A DNA stretch of 64,000 nucleotides. Source: Patellaria atrata CBS 101060. Its lineage: Eukaryota. The notes under the pieces were generated by a model that did no database searches, had not been told where the DNA came from, and worked only from the letters and a program-made list of their open reading frames with translations. The translations under genes and the position numbers were made by a program. The stretch lies in NCBI GenBank assembly GCA_010093705.1, contig MU006095.1, positions 62,001 to 126,000 of the forward strand, in the 5' to 3' direction. Shown here piece after piece: positions 1 through 15,764 of this stretch (position 1 is its first letter; every line of letters starts with the position of its first letter).

Positions 1-40
1 GAGCGCCCTTCATACAAACTTCATCCTATCAAGATCCAAT

Positions 41-611
41 ATGCCTCGTCAACGCGGAGGAGCTGCACCTGCTCGTCGTCCAGCCGCGGCGCCAGCTAGA
101 CCTGCCGTTCATCCACCACAACCCACAACCACACGCCAGGCATCGACCGCTGCTCATCCTCCAGCTACGCAGGCCGCTCATCCACCTGCACAGCAAACGC
201 AAGGTTCGCAAGGTCCGGGTCTATTTGGGCAAATGGCTAGCACTGCTGCGTAAGTAACAGATTCCTCCCTGCGTTTTGGATCGCCACCCGGACGAGTGAT
301 TCCCATTTGCTTCGGTCCCCCTCAATCTCTTTTCGTCCCTAATATGTGTCTGTTATAGTGGTGTTGCTGTCGGTTCTTCCATCGGACACGCAATTGGAGG
401 ATTCTTCGGCGGCGGTTCGTCTGCGCCTGTGGAAACCCAAGCCAGCGATCCCGCAAGCACGACATACAATACCAATACCGCACCAAGAGTCTGTGAACAG
501 GACGTCAATAACTTTAAGAAATGCATGGATGAGAACGAGGGAAACTTGACGATCTGTGGATGGTATTTGGATCAACTGAAAGCATGCCAGTCTGCCGCTG
601 CTCGTTACTAG
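41..611 (+). CDS. MIX17: Mitochondrial CHCH-domain protein (Mix17/CHCHD2-CHCHD10 family), 2 exons
   Basis: Pro/Ala-rich N-terminus. PGLFGQMASTAA joins GVAVGSSIGHAIGG across a GTAAGT...TAG intron (~250-358). Twin CX9C motif CEQDVNNFKKC...CGWYLDQLKAC. Confidence 0.9.
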
Positions 612-778
612 ATAATCCATCGCTCTGAAATCCGCAGCACGGTCTATGAACTAGGAAGCTTAAGGGTGTAGTGCAGCGTAGCTTCAGGGAATAAACTATG
701 CATCAAATTGGAGTTGCGGACGGCATTGTCTTAGGCCTACAATACCACCACCAGGCTTGTACATAAAGAATCAAAACA

Positions 779-1506
779 TCATTGAGCTACAATGCTTGTA
801 CTAAACCTTGCTTTATCGGACTGACCCTGAACGTTAGAGTTGTGCCGGATACTCTTCTTGATAGCTTTTCTCAGCCGAGAGATCTCTATTTCAAGTTCCC
901 GCATGTCCTTCGTCAGCTTCACTAACGCTGGTAGCGGCTGCTCGACTGCGGTTTCGAAGGACTTTTGCGCGGAACGTAGGGGCGGTGGTACAAGGATACC
1001 AAACCAATGGAGTGGATTTGTCGGCCCCTTTTGAAATCCTTCAGATGCCTCTGCTTTCTCGTCGGAAGCAGGACTGTCCTCATTGTTCTCTTTGGATGCA
1101 TAACTGCTGCTCTCTGCATCCTCTTCTTCCTCGGTTTTAACTTGTGAAGCTGAAAGCCCATCACTAGCAATAGATATACTATAAGATATTGTTCCATTTT
1201 CCTCCTTCACATTCCTAACCCTCCGTAAGTATCATACTCGTAGTTGCGAAATTGGTAAGGGTGGACCTACACTCTCCTAATAGCTTTCATACGCTCATCG
1301 TAGTAATCTTGCCCATACCGTGTCCTCCCGCCATTACTGAAGTTAGCTTGCGCCAGAGAGAGAAAGCCTTGAGAGAGCTGTCTCGATAAGGTAGCACGAG
1401 CGCTCTGGTATGAGTCGAGTAAATGGAGGTATTTGGTTAACTGTGCGTCGAGCTTTTGAATGAGCGCGTCGTGGTCGGGCACGGCGGGAGATTCGGAGGT
1501 AGTCAT
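779..1506 (-). CDS. Vma22/CCDC115-family V-ATPase assembly factor, 2 exons
   Basis: Exon 1 has LSQGFLSLAQANF...RYGQDYYDERM. Exon 2 has NPLHWFGILVPPPLRSAQKSF. Both are characteristic Vma22/CCDC115 blocks. ATG at 1506. Confidence 0.82.
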
Positions 1507-1711
1507 CAACGGCAAGTCTTCGAAATAAGTTCAATTATGAAATTGTGTTCTTTACTGTACAATATACAAGAATGAAATCAGAAGCAGTGATTTCGGAGAT
1601 ACCTAACCCACTTACCTTAGTGCAGTGGTGGCCCATGCGTCTTTTGATAGACGTCAAGCTTCATACCTTTTCTGGCCCCGACCACGAATAATTTCCAAAT
1701 TTCTCTTCACG

Positions 1712-2801
1712 ATGAATATCATAACGGCTCTCCCTCGACTATTCCGTATTGCGGGTAGGACACGGTCTCGAAGTCCTCGAATTGGCCTGGAACAACCCTA
1801 CATATGTCAAGGATGCCGCCAGACCAGAACACAACGCCGCTGGCAACACTCCCAACCAGCCGACGACCCCAGCTTCACCTCCATCATCGACCATCCCGCT
1901 AAACTAGTCCGATCAGGACGTAGACACGGCTACGGTCTCATAGTCCTAGGTGATTCCCGCTCCTAAAAAACCACTATCCTCTCCCATGGACTTCGAAGCT
2001 AACCAAGTCTACGAAAGCTATTATACCTATCACCGCCTTCGCCTTGGGAACCTGGCAAGTCCAGCGCCTGCACTGGAAAACCGACCTGATGGCGCGCTTC
2101 GAAGACCGCCTCGTGCGGCCTCCTCTCCCCTTACCACCCCGCCTCGACCCCTCTGCCGTCCCAGAGTTCGACTACCGCCGCGTCCTCGCCACGGGCACAT
2201 TCCAACACGACCAAGAAATGCTCGTTGGGCCCCGGTTGCACGACGGCGATGATGGTTACCTCGTCGTCACGCCTCTCGAGCGCGACGGCAAGAAAGAGTC
2301 AACCATATTAGTGTGTCGGGGCTGGATCCCTAAACGCTTGAAGGCGCAGAAGGATAGAGCTCCCGAAGCGCTCCCGCGGGGGAAGGTCACGGTACAGGGA
2401 CTGTTACGGGAGCCGTGGAAGCGGAATTTTTTTACACCGGTGAATCGGCCTGAGAAGGGGGAGTTTTACTTCCCGGATGTGGGAGAGATGGCGGGGTTTG
2501 TAGGGAGTCAGCCGGTGTGGGTAGAGGAGACCATGAAGCCGGATTTGATTGAGACGTATAGGAGGGAGAATTTGGGGGTACCGATTGGCAGGATCCCGGA
2601 GGTCAATTTGAGGAATAATCATACACAGTATATTTTCACGTGGTAAGTCTCCCCAGCAAACATTGATCATACGAGCAACCTAACGGGACATGTTCGCGCA
2701 GGTACGCCCTCTCCCTAGCAACATCGATAATGTTCTGGATGATTGTCCGAAAACCACCATCGGATATAGCGCGACGGGTACGGCAAAACAAAGAGTGGTA
2801 A
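1712..2801 (+). CDS. SHY1: SURF1/Shy1 cytochrome c oxidase assembly protein, 3 exons
   Basis: LGTWQVQRLHWK, EFDYRRV, GYLVVTPL, LVCRGWIP and NNHTQYIFTW|YALS motifs. Arg-rich presequence-like N-terminus. Confidence 0.95.
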
Positions 2802-2855
2802 TTCAAATATGTACAATAACTATAGAATAAAATCACATGACGTCACAGCTGCTCA

Positions 2856-4480
2856 TTATTCGTCTTCAGCCTCCTCTTGAACCCGGCTCAGACGAGGTTT
2901 TCTCCCCTTCGTCAGAGCAGGCGCTGGCATCCTAATCTCCTGAAGCAATTCCCTAGGTAAGTACCTTTGCGCAAGGAAGAACGCCGTGCTACCCGGGAGT
3001 ATCTGTCGTTGTCTCTTCATCAGGGTGAATACATCACTCTCATCGATCGTCTTGCGGCCCGAGTGCTGTGCGTAAGTTGCCAGGTCTTCAGAAGCTTGTT
3101 CGAAGAACCAGTCTGAAGTTTGCATGATCGCGTCAATGGTGTCCTTGCTGAGCTTGGTGTTGACCGAGCCGTTCGATTGCGCGAGGGCCATTGCTAGTTT
3201 TTTCACAGATGAGCGGGGGAGGGAGGAGTATGAGATACCGTGGCGTGAGACTTTTACTTCCTTGAGCTTTTTGGGTCCTCGTTTCGCGGATGTTTTTGCG
3301 CTTGGGATGTCTGCCGTGGGAGCGTCGTCGAGTGCGTCATCTTGTTCCGCAACTACTTCATGCTCGTATCCTAAGTTCCCGTCCTCTGAGATGTCGCTGT
3401 CAGACGCATCGTCTACCGTGTCCACGGTATTATCCAGCGGCGGCGCTTCGGGCGTGGCGGGATCCGGCTCCCGCAACCTCTGCGGGATGTTAAACACGAA
3501 CGTGGGTTCCGGTGGTTCTTCGTCCGAGGAGCTCGATCTATCACTCCTTGAGCGTCGTCGAGGGACCGAGTTCAGCGCTGCTAGAATGTCGAGGGTGTTA
3601 TCACTGTGCTAATTAGCATTCCGTTCTCCCCACCAAAAAAGAAAGATATGGCAAACTCACTCCATCAACAGCGTCTCTCCATGCATCGTCCCAATAAGCG
3701 GCAAATCGTCAAAAGCGCCTTCTTGAACGAATGGTTCTCCGCCCGGTGTTTCCACCCCACCACCAGGGGTATCGAACAATCCCCCCATCGACGCATCGCC
3801 AGTCAACGGCTCGCTGGAATTCCTCCTCGCGCCCTCGATCGACCGTCCCGTGTTCTCCTCGAGGTTACTATTACTCAACGCGCTCAACCGCGGTGGACGC
3901 TCGTGGAAGCTATCCTCGTCGTCCAGCAAATGGCCCAGGGGCATCGACAGGCGCGGTCGTTGCGGATCCGGGCCTTCATCTTCCTCGTCTCCCAGTTCCC
4001 TTTTCGACGTTTGGTGGGATTGGGGGACTTCCTCGGGCCCCGGTGTCGTCCCTGTTTTCTCGACTAATATCCGACTTAACTGCCTCAGCGCATCCCGCGG
4101 TGTTTCGCGCCGTGCCTGCCCGCTTCTGCGACGCCCATGGCCGCCCGGCATGAGAGCTGTGTTGCGTCGTTGTTGAAGGGCGCGGATGGCGTGTGGTGTC
4201 GTCGGCTGTCCTCTTCTTATGGGAATAGGGCGTTGGTGCGCGCCGCGTCTGGAGGGACCGGGTCCAGCACTGGCGGTGGGTGTATGGTTTTGAATTGCGG
4301 TGGCGAGGTTTCGGAGCTAGAAGGATTGTCAGCGATGGGAATTGGATGGGATATGTTGAGATGGGAAGGGATGGGAGGTTTTAGGAGGGGGATGTTTACG
4401 TTGATGTAGGGTGTGGTTTTTTTGATCCCGTCTGAGACTCGCGGGGTCTGGGGGAGGGGTTTGCGCGGTGGCTGAGACAT
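2856..4480 (-). CDS. CENP-T (Cnp20-like) kinetochore protein with C-terminal histone fold, about 3 exons
   Basis: C-terminal FFEQASEDLATYAQHSGRKTIDESDVFTLMKRQR...LAQRYLPRELLQEI histone fold. Long low-complexity N-terminus with TPHAIRAL/RRRSG/RETPRD blocks. Introns near 4321-4399 and 3600-3660. Confidence 0.82.
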
Positions 4481-4785
4481 TTACGGTGTGGGATAATGCA
4501 GAATGAGGATATAGAAACAACAGCGATTCAGTTGAAGCTGATGTTGTCGCTCGTCGCGCAACGGCAAGACGCGTTTATTGTGGATGATCCTTGTCTCGGC
4601 TTATCGATAAGATCTATGTCTACTTATCTTATCGGCAAATCTTTCATCAGTTTCTTACATCCACAGATCTCTCAAGCGCAAATCAACGAAACCTTAATAT
4701 TTCCAAACAAGTTCTCTGGTTCGTTCGAACTTAGATCTCGGGCAAAGGGTGATAAGAGCTAGGTAATCAGCGAAACTCAATCACT

Positions 4786-5622
4786 ATGGCTCCATTGCAG
4801 AAAAAGAGGCCTCGAGAGCCCGAAGAAGAGACCCAAGAAACCAAAGAAACCAAAAAAGCAGAAAAGAAGAGGAGAAAGAACAAATTCTTCGAAAACTCCG
4901 ATGTCAATATCGCTCTCATGGACGGGAAGTTGATCTCGGAACATCTCGTCCATCAAACCAAGCGCTTTAACCCAGATCTCACTCCCGTAGAACTAGAGGA
5001 TAGATACATATCCGAAAGGGCTATTATGGACACCAGCAGGTGGGAAAAAACCAGGGATCTGAAAAGTCTCCCAATATTCATGGAGTACTTATTGGGGAAG
5101 GATCTGAAGAGTGTTTCCAAATCTACTGGGACTCCTCATACTTTGATTGTGGCTAGTGCTGGGCTGAGAGCTGCGGATTTGACCAGGTGTGTATTATACT
5201 TCATTTCAACTCAAAGTGACTATCCTGATTTCGCTATGTAGGGCTGTTAGGAAGTTCCAAACTAAAGAGGCGCATATAATCAAACTATTCGCTAAGCATA
5301 TAAAATTGCAAGAAGCGATCGAGAATTGTCAAAAGACAAAGTCAGTATAAGTAAAGTCCATGTGTGAATATCACTAACGGTTAGGAGAACCAATATTGGG
5401 GTCGGAACGCCTCAGAGAATCTCCGAATTACTTGACGATGGAGCGTTGAAAGCAGACGAGTTGCGAACCATCATTATCGATGCATCTTATATCGATCAGA
5501 AAAAGCGAGGGATTCTCGATATGAGAGAAACGCTTATTCCTCTAGTCGAGCTTCTTTCGAAACCTTTGGTCCGAGATAGATTTGGAGCTGATGAAAAGAA
5601 GATCGATTTGGTCTTCTATTGA
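4786..5622 (+). CDS. CMS1: Cms1/CMSS1 90S pre-ribosome factor (degenerate helicase-like fold), 3 exons
   Basis: PHTLIVASAGLRAADLTR|AVR, KLFAKHIKL, IGVGTPQRI and IIIDASYIDQKKRGILDM motifs. Stop TGA at 5620-5622. Confidence 0.9.
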
Positions 5623-7479
5623 ACGCGAGATTGCAGCATCTAGAAATTCGTCAATTAAAGCAACTCCATTTCCATGGAGACTTTTCTGACTGTAATTCGA
5701 AAAGGGCAACGAGGGAGATATTTAATCAGGGTTCTCCGCAAGCTGAAAGGTAATACTAATCTACCCTTGAATTTCATCGATGATTCTAACAGAAGCAGTA
5801 GATTGATCTCTACTTGAGAGACGTGGATATCCACCTTCACAAACCGTATAGTATATCAATTGCAGACCGTTCCGGTGGGGAACAGGGTGAGTTTGATCTC
5901 TAGAAGAGGACAGGTACTACAAGCGGAAGGATCGGTGGGTTCGCCACTTGGAATAACTAAGCCAATATTGATAGTGAACTTCAAGCTGAATTTCCGTACT
6001 GTGTTGTTCACAAAGAGCGCAAAGGACTCCATAATTCAGATTAAAAAATGAGGCATTAGACTTGGAACATGTTCGAAAATCTGCACTGCCATTTTCTAGG
6101 ATCGGAGAATTTCGAAAACGTCAAATGATCGATTTAGCACAAATCTTACAGGTCCTAGGACGAATATTGTATCTGTTTCCAATCATACTCCAGGCCGCAA
6201 TGAAGCAGAGACAAACTATCCGCGAGTGTCAAGGAGAGTAATAAGACGTGCCAGGTAAGACTAAGGTTGTGTTATCGTCGAACAAAAACAGAGGTATAAT
6301 TATAGAAATAATAAGAAAATGATCATGGTGTTCATGCAATGTGATAGGGCTGGGGCGAGTTTGCCAAGTTGTGAAAGATGCGAATATGGCTGGCTCAAAT
6401 AGCCGCCCAGTCACAGAACATATGAGGGATATGATACTGATACGGGATGTATACGGAGATGTGATAAAAGGTGGAAGAAAGGGTAGATACCATCGTATCG
6501 TTGATATGGATGGTATTGATAGTAGTACGGTATCGATTATGCATCTAAAATGTGGAGGGGGATGGAAAGATGAGGTGTTAGAGCTTGACAGTTTGAGGGG
6601 AGGGGGGCCCCTTCCGGTTCAAGAAGTACCCGCCATTCTCTTCATATTAGGAAGTAGCATACCTTATGATAATGGAAGGTGCCTCCTGCACTTTGATGAT
6701 GCTGTACGGAGTAGAGGTGCAAGTAATTGTATATCTTTCACAGTAAGTAAACTTGATTGAGGTTGAGATGTTAAGATGGTTATTGGCGGTGCTAGATGCT
6801 GGCAAAGGCGGTGGTGGTATCTAACAGGGCTAGGAGAGCTGTCCAGCAAGTAGGAAGCCTAAGCATCAACAAGAGCAAAGGCCCGATTCAATTTCATCTC
6901 TCCAGACTCCCACTTCGAAACCTCGAAACACAACAAGAGCTTCAACAACGTTTGAGCACCGACTCCTCTTTTTCATCCTGTGATTCCTGTCTGACCGTTT
7001 CTGTCGTCTCTTAACGATAATCGACACTGTATTTCTCCCTTGCGTCTTTTTCTACCTGCACGAACAGCCCGCCAGATCCCCATCATCCCCCCGTTTCTAT
7101 AACCTCACTTTGGCCCTCCAGTTTCACACCATCCCCTCCCAGCAAGGCGCGCAGGTCGTTCATTGCGTCTACCACTGTGCTCCCGATCTAGTCTCATCCT
7201 TGCAGCAAGCTCTCCCACTTCCCTTTCCCTAAGGGCTTGTGAACTGTGAGAGACGTTGTCACAAATTCTGAGTCTTAAGCATACTGCAACGACCGCAGCT
7301 CTTCCCCAAGAATAAGCCTCCGGTGCGTCATCTGGATTAACCATCAATACGACTCATCTTCTGACCTCTCTAAAAGTGTTCATCGTCCTACTTCAGAACT
7401 TTCAATCACCACCATCTTCACCGCATTTATCTTTTCCATTTAGACCTTACTCAACTAATAATCCAAATCCTAGTTCGCG

Positions 7480-8345
7480 ATGGCAGCGCCTGCGACACAA
7501 TCACTCAAGGTATTTGCTTACATCGGCCGAACATCATCATTCATACTGATCAGTATCTCAGTGCGTGGTAACTGGCGATGGCGCCGTTGGCAAGGTCAGT
7601 TCAATCATCCCTCCCGCAAGCTCTCTTCCATACTTATGCGTCTTCTAGACTTGCCTTCTCATATCATATACAACAAATGCATTTCCTGGCGAATATATAC
7701 CTACTGTGTAAGACACAACCACCACCAATTTGATGAGCCCCTATCTTACGATTCCCAGATTCGACAACTACTCCGCTAATGTAATGGTCGACGGCAAACC
7801 AATCAGCTTGGGATTATGGGATACTGCAGGACAGGAGGATTACGATCGTCTCCGCCCACTTTCATATCCACAAACGGACGTTTTCCTCATCTGCTTCTCG
7901 ATCGTCAGCCCGCCATCTTTCGATAACGTCAAGGCCAAGGTGAGAACAATGCTACTTTCAAAATGGAAGATCTGGAACTAATATGACCTTTTCAGTGGCA
8001 TCCCGAGATCGAACATCATGCGCCTGGTGTCCCCGTCATCCTTGTAGGAACTAAGCTTGATCTTAGAGATGATGAGGCCACAAGGGAAAGCTTGAGACAG
8101 AAGAAGATGGCGCCAATCGGCTACGAGCAAGGAGTTCAGGTAGCGAAAGAGATTAGGGCTCAGAAATACTTGGAATGCTCTGCCCTCACACAGAGAAATC
8201 TGAAGGGTGTCTTCGACGAGGCCATTCGGTAAGGAATATTCCGTTGGTTATAACTTGCAGAAGATACTGACAATTCCCCAGTGCTGTCCTCAGCCCACGT
8301 CCTGTACAGAAGGCGAACAAGAGCAAAAAGTGCACGATATTGTAA
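7480..8345 (+). CDS. RAC1: Rac-type Rho-family small GTPase, 6 exons
   Basis: Spliced product [55 protein letters not shown]...[17 protein letters not shown]...TKLD...ECSALTQ. Polybasic tail and CAAX box KSKKCTIL. Confidence 0.97.
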
Positions 8346-8934
8346 ATTCGAACCATTACCGAATTCAGAGCATAAGTACACCGGATAGTTTGGAAAAACG
8401 TACTAGGAATGTTTGGGACAACCATATTCTACAAAATCCTCATATCCCGCATCCGAACGATTGATTATATTCGAGTCAACCGAGATTCTCCAGCATACTC
8501 CAGGGTCTTCTCTCAAGCATCTCGAGCATCTCCGTGCAATATTCCTGGCTCTACCTGGAGACTCTCAGGAGGGTAACTTGGGGCTGGTAACTTCTCGAGA
8601 ATCATATTGTGTTTCGTTCCCTCTCTGGTTTGGTTGAATCGAGGAGTTTCGGGAGCTTTTTGAAGGATAGGGGTACTCTCTTTCTCGAACTTTGTAGATA
8701 GCACAGGTTCAGACCTTAGCATTTAGTTGTTTTACCCCAATTGATAGATTAAGTTCTCCCAAGGAGTGAAAGCATAACTATAAGCTCTGAGTTTTCTACA
8801 CCGAGGATCTACCGGTGATTGCACAGTACTGTACGATACATCCTTCAACTCATCATCCATTTGGTATCCCGATCATACATTGCTGATACACTGTACAACC
8901 TGCGAACACGACTGATAATCAATAATATCAATAC

Positions 8935-10782
8935 ATGCCTTCAGACTCTGCCATATTCCACGAGGGTGGCTTACAAAGCGGCATCTCCCTCGCCATCCAG
9001 ACCTCCAAGCTAGTAGTTTGCTTCATCTACGGTATGGAATCTACGTACTCAATTTAGCCCTAACCCTAGAGATCTTAACTATATAACTTATCCCATAGGC
9101 CCCAAAACTAATATGACTGGGGAAGCTAGATGATAGTGAAGAGAGCAAGATATGGGAGACCGAATGGTTGGTCGCTAAGCGTGTATGTAGCAATACTCTC
9201 CCGAGGGAAAGGGAACTTTGGCTGATAGGACTTTTAGGTCAGAAAAGCTCTTGTAACCAAGACCGTCGCTCTTAGAATCGCGTTCGGATCTCCTGAGGCG
9301 GGCTTTTTGGCGGCGTTTTGTCCGGTATCTGAGGCGCCGATGATGATTGTTATTCAGTAAGTCTTTTTGCATAGGAGTCATCTTTTCTCAGGGGAGTTTC
9401 TTCCTTTCATGGTTGTTCCTTTCTTAAGGGATGTTTTCTTCTCTCGGAGGATGTCTTTCTCTAAGCGCGGATGCTGTGTATTGATCTTACCTGAGGATGA
9501 ATGCTAATATATCACAGTAACGGCCGCGTATTGGAGATCTTGAAGAAGGATATGAGTAGGGAGGAGTGGTTTGAGGGACTTGGAAGAGGATTAGGGGTTA
9601 GGGGACTCGAGCATCATGAGGAAAAAAAGGAGGACTCTGAAGACCGGCAGCCGAATTATCAGCTATCGAGCTCTAAGAAGTTGTCAGGAGACAAAGCTGA
9701 TTCAGAAACGGCAACCAATCAAGCATCTCAGGATCCTCCGGTAGAGCAACCTGTACCTCGGGAACCCAAAGGAAAGGAGCGTGCAACCTCTCAGAAAGAT
9801 GACACTAGAAGGAAACCCGGGAATGTGGGTTCAACGTCAACGATCAAGAACTTCGAGACCATTCCCAGTCAATCGGAGAAGGACAAGTCAACGGGAAAGC
9901 CGTCATCAAGAAAAGCTACCATAGGCACCAAGGCGACAATCCAACCCAAACCATCGCCATCAATACAATCTCCGAAACCATCATCCTCCCCATCCGCATC
10001 CCGATCAGTATCCAAATCTAAACCGTCCACAGACTCAATATTTTACTCCACCACCACACCTACTCCCACTCCTCGCGCCAAACCAACCGACTCCGCCCTC
10101 CAAATCCGCCTTTTCGACGGCACAACGCACCGCAACCGCTTCCCCCTCACCTCCACGCTCTCCACTTCCGTGCGTCCCTGGGTCGACTCCCTACTAAGCT
10201 CTTTTACCTGCACCTCCATATCCCCTCCGTACACGTTCCTGCATATTTTGACCCCCCTGCCCAACCACACCATCTCCGTTTTCGAGGAAGCGCAATCTCT
10301 ACAGGAGCTAGGATTAGTGCCGTCTGCTACCCTAGTCTTGGTTCCCGTGAGGAATTACGTCGAGGGGTACCAGAGTCAGGGTGGTGGGCTCTTGGGCAGT
10401 GTGTGGGGTATGGCGACGGGAGCGGTTGGAGGGGCTGTGGGGTTGGTTGGGGGGATCGTGGGGAGCGTCATTGGGGGCGGTGATGCCAGGACTGGGGGTG
10501 AGGGGGGTAACGGTAGAAGTGGGAGCGGCGCACATAGGGCCGGGGAAAGGGAAAGGGAAAGAGAGGGCAGGATAAGGACGTTGGGGGATGGTGAGAGGGA
10601 GGAGGGAAGGGAGTTTTATAACGGAAATCATGTAAGTTCTTTCTCTAAGTCTGGTTTTAGATTGGAGGAGTGAAAAGAAGAACGGGATCGTAGATTCTTT
10701 ATTCGAGAGAATTCAGACTAATAAATCACAGCTCAGTTTCGAACCCAACCGGTCCGACAACAACGACGACGATGATAGATGA
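8935..10782 (+). CDS. UBX-domain Cdc48/p97 adaptor (UBXN4/Ubx7-like), multi-exon
   Basis: N-terminal FHEGGLQSGISLAIQTSKLVVCF. UBX domain LQIRLFDGTTHRNRF...SLQELGLVPSATLVLVP. Gly-rich hydrophobic segment. C-terminal FYNGNH|LSFEP. Internal exon edges are approximate. Confidence 0.85.
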
Positions 10783-11544
10783 CGGTAGCTTGTCAATCTC
10801 CCTCGCAGACTTTACGTGGAACATGCTATACTCTACTATTCGCAACATACAGTATCATCACAAAGACACTGTCCTCACTAATCATCGAAACCACACTCCT
10901 CTTCCATTCCCCTATCTCATCACTCCTACACTCCTGCCCCGTACTCCCCTACATCGACAGATGGCACCGCGCACCTGCTTGTAACGTCTCTGGAGACGGT
11001 ACTTGTCGCCTCCCCCTCCCTCATAGAGTATGAGGTATGAGATTATACTTAGCATATACTCTACATCACATCACAGCACGATTACAATACGACCTACGCA
11101 GTGCTCTCCCCCATCACAGCCCTGTAACTTCAGCTCAGCTATGCAGTATCAAACCCAAGAGCCTGACGTGACACACAAGCATCCCCGTACAGTAGATAAC
11201 ACAACGAGCCATCTCAGCTCTTGAGTTCAGGACTTGCTTGGCTGCTTTTTGTATTTGGCAAATGCTGCGATTGGAGAACCGTCTACGCTTGGTTGATGGA
11301 GACTGGAGATGAGTTGAAAACGCGGAAGCTTTTATCTTTATATCGTTCAATGTGACTGATGTGCGTGATATCTGTCTAATGAAGCGTAAACCGCACGTCT
11401 ACTCCGAGCTATGAAAGAGCCGTATCAGAGACGCATGCTATAAGTCGTCTGCCCTCTTCAACCTTCCCTTCTCTTTTGATTTCGTTTCCTTTCACCATAT
11501 ACGATGTCCCATCATTCATCCCATCCCACTCTTACTCCGCCCCC

Positions 11545-13950
<2,406 letters not shown>

Positions 13951-14812
13951 TTTGTACTGGACTTCAGGGACGGCGGATCGAATGCTTCAAAGAAGGGGAA
14001 GAAAGTATATATAAAAAGTAATGGGGAAACAGGAATGATCTTGGTATTGGAGTTTATCAAGCCAAATAACAAGGTTGGACCTGTCAAAATCGTCTTTGCT
14101 GTCCTTTCAATCACACTTTTTCGGTCCAAAGGTACGATTCTGGACGGTGTAGTTTGCTCAAAACAAACTCCTGTCTCCTAATTCTGGATTTGAGGATCGG
14201 GGATCCAAGATCGAATGTAAGTTATGAAGAAAGATTGGAACCCAGAAGTCACCAGGGGGGAAGGCAGTCTTTTATATACGGCAAAGATATCCCCATCCAC
14301 CCATACTATACGATTTTTTTTTTCCCTGCCAGAACCACTAAAACTGACATCAAGCGGCGATTCCACCAGGGGAACGTCTGCCCGAAAGCACGTAATCCGC
14401 GTCAAATCGTCTTTCTCCGCCGAGATTCTTGTCAAAGAGCGTGGCGAGCAATTTCATCCCCTTCCCCCTTAGGGGAAAACACGTTTTATACACCACTTCT
14501 TATACACGCGTTGAAAAAGGCGCTCTTGTGATAGTCTTGTCACGGTTGGTAAGAAAGCACGCAATGTCAAGAATATTATTTTGTCACCTTCTCTCCAGCT
14601 TTCCCGTTTTGCCAATATCTGGTGAAAATGCAAGAATATATACACAAAGGTGTCAACGCCTCCTCACCAATACAACCATGTCTCAGATGTGTGAGACTGG
14701 TATCCACTCCCTGAACGCCTTAGAATGACATCTGATCTAACGCCTATTGCTAAAAATGCAGCAGAATGCTTTACAACCCATCTCTTCTGAAGTCCCCTTG
14801 GAAAAGGGGTTA

Positions 14813-15764
14813 CTATCTGATCTGTACGGCATCCAATGCTTGGGATAATGCCTCCGCCTTCTTCTTGTGCTCTTGTTCCATCAGGAATTGAGCATACCTT
14901 GAACGCTTGTTGTGGATTCCACACTCGGTTTTCGCGCGTCCCTTCCAGCGCCCTGCACGCTCGTCCTCGCCTTCTTGAATCGGCTGGGTGGAGTGCCAAT
15001 CCCCGATACTCTTGTAGCCTTGATCGAGAAGTTCGTTGTACGGCACCTGGTGTCCAGAGATGTATTCCTGGACCTGCTTGAAAGACCAGTTGGCGAGCGG
15101 ATTGACCTTAATCAAACCGGCATCATCCACTTCAATGATATCAAGATCCCCTCGTTTACCACCCTGGCTCCTTCTTCGGCCTGTGAGAACAGCCTTAACC
15201 TGCAATTCCGCGTACGCTCGTTGAGCGGGTTCAACTTTCGCCACCCAATCGTACAGCTCCTCGTCCGCTTCCCAAAGATTCTCGCCGTATTTAACGTTGA
15301 ATTCCTCAACGGTGTCCGTACCAGCCGGTTTATAGACGTGGAGTTTGACTTGAGGATACTTTTCTCTCACACGGTCAACTAAAGCCAACGTCTCGGAGAA
15401 GTGGTGTAATGTATCTAGGAAGATAAGATCCACTGGCGACTTGTTTGGGGAAATCTTGGATAAGAGGTCGACGGTGACAAGTCCAGTTAGACCGAAGGCT
15501 GTGGTCTGATATAGCGAGGGTAGGCTGGTCAAGCACCACCTTAGGATCTCTGATATCGTCGTGAGTAATACTTCATGGAACAAGGGTGAAAGGGGTATGC
15601 TCACCCTCTGGCTCGAGCTTAGACAATTGATGGTTGAGGAATTTAAGGTGTGGCTTGCTGAAGTAGACTTCGGGAAGGTTGTCGTCTGTGGAGCTAGCAC
15701 TGGCATAGCCAGACTCAACGTCTTGAGTCGATAGGGCCTCGCCCAAGTCTGACTTGCTGGACAT
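14813..15764 (-). CDS. MET16: PAPS reductase (phosphoadenylyl-sulfate reductase), 2 exons
   Basis: LYQTTAFGLTGLV, LIFLDTLHHF, KVEP, LTGRRRSQG, KVNPLANW, YNELLDQGYKSIGD and ERAGRW motifs, plus catalytic ECGIH. Confidence 0.97.
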
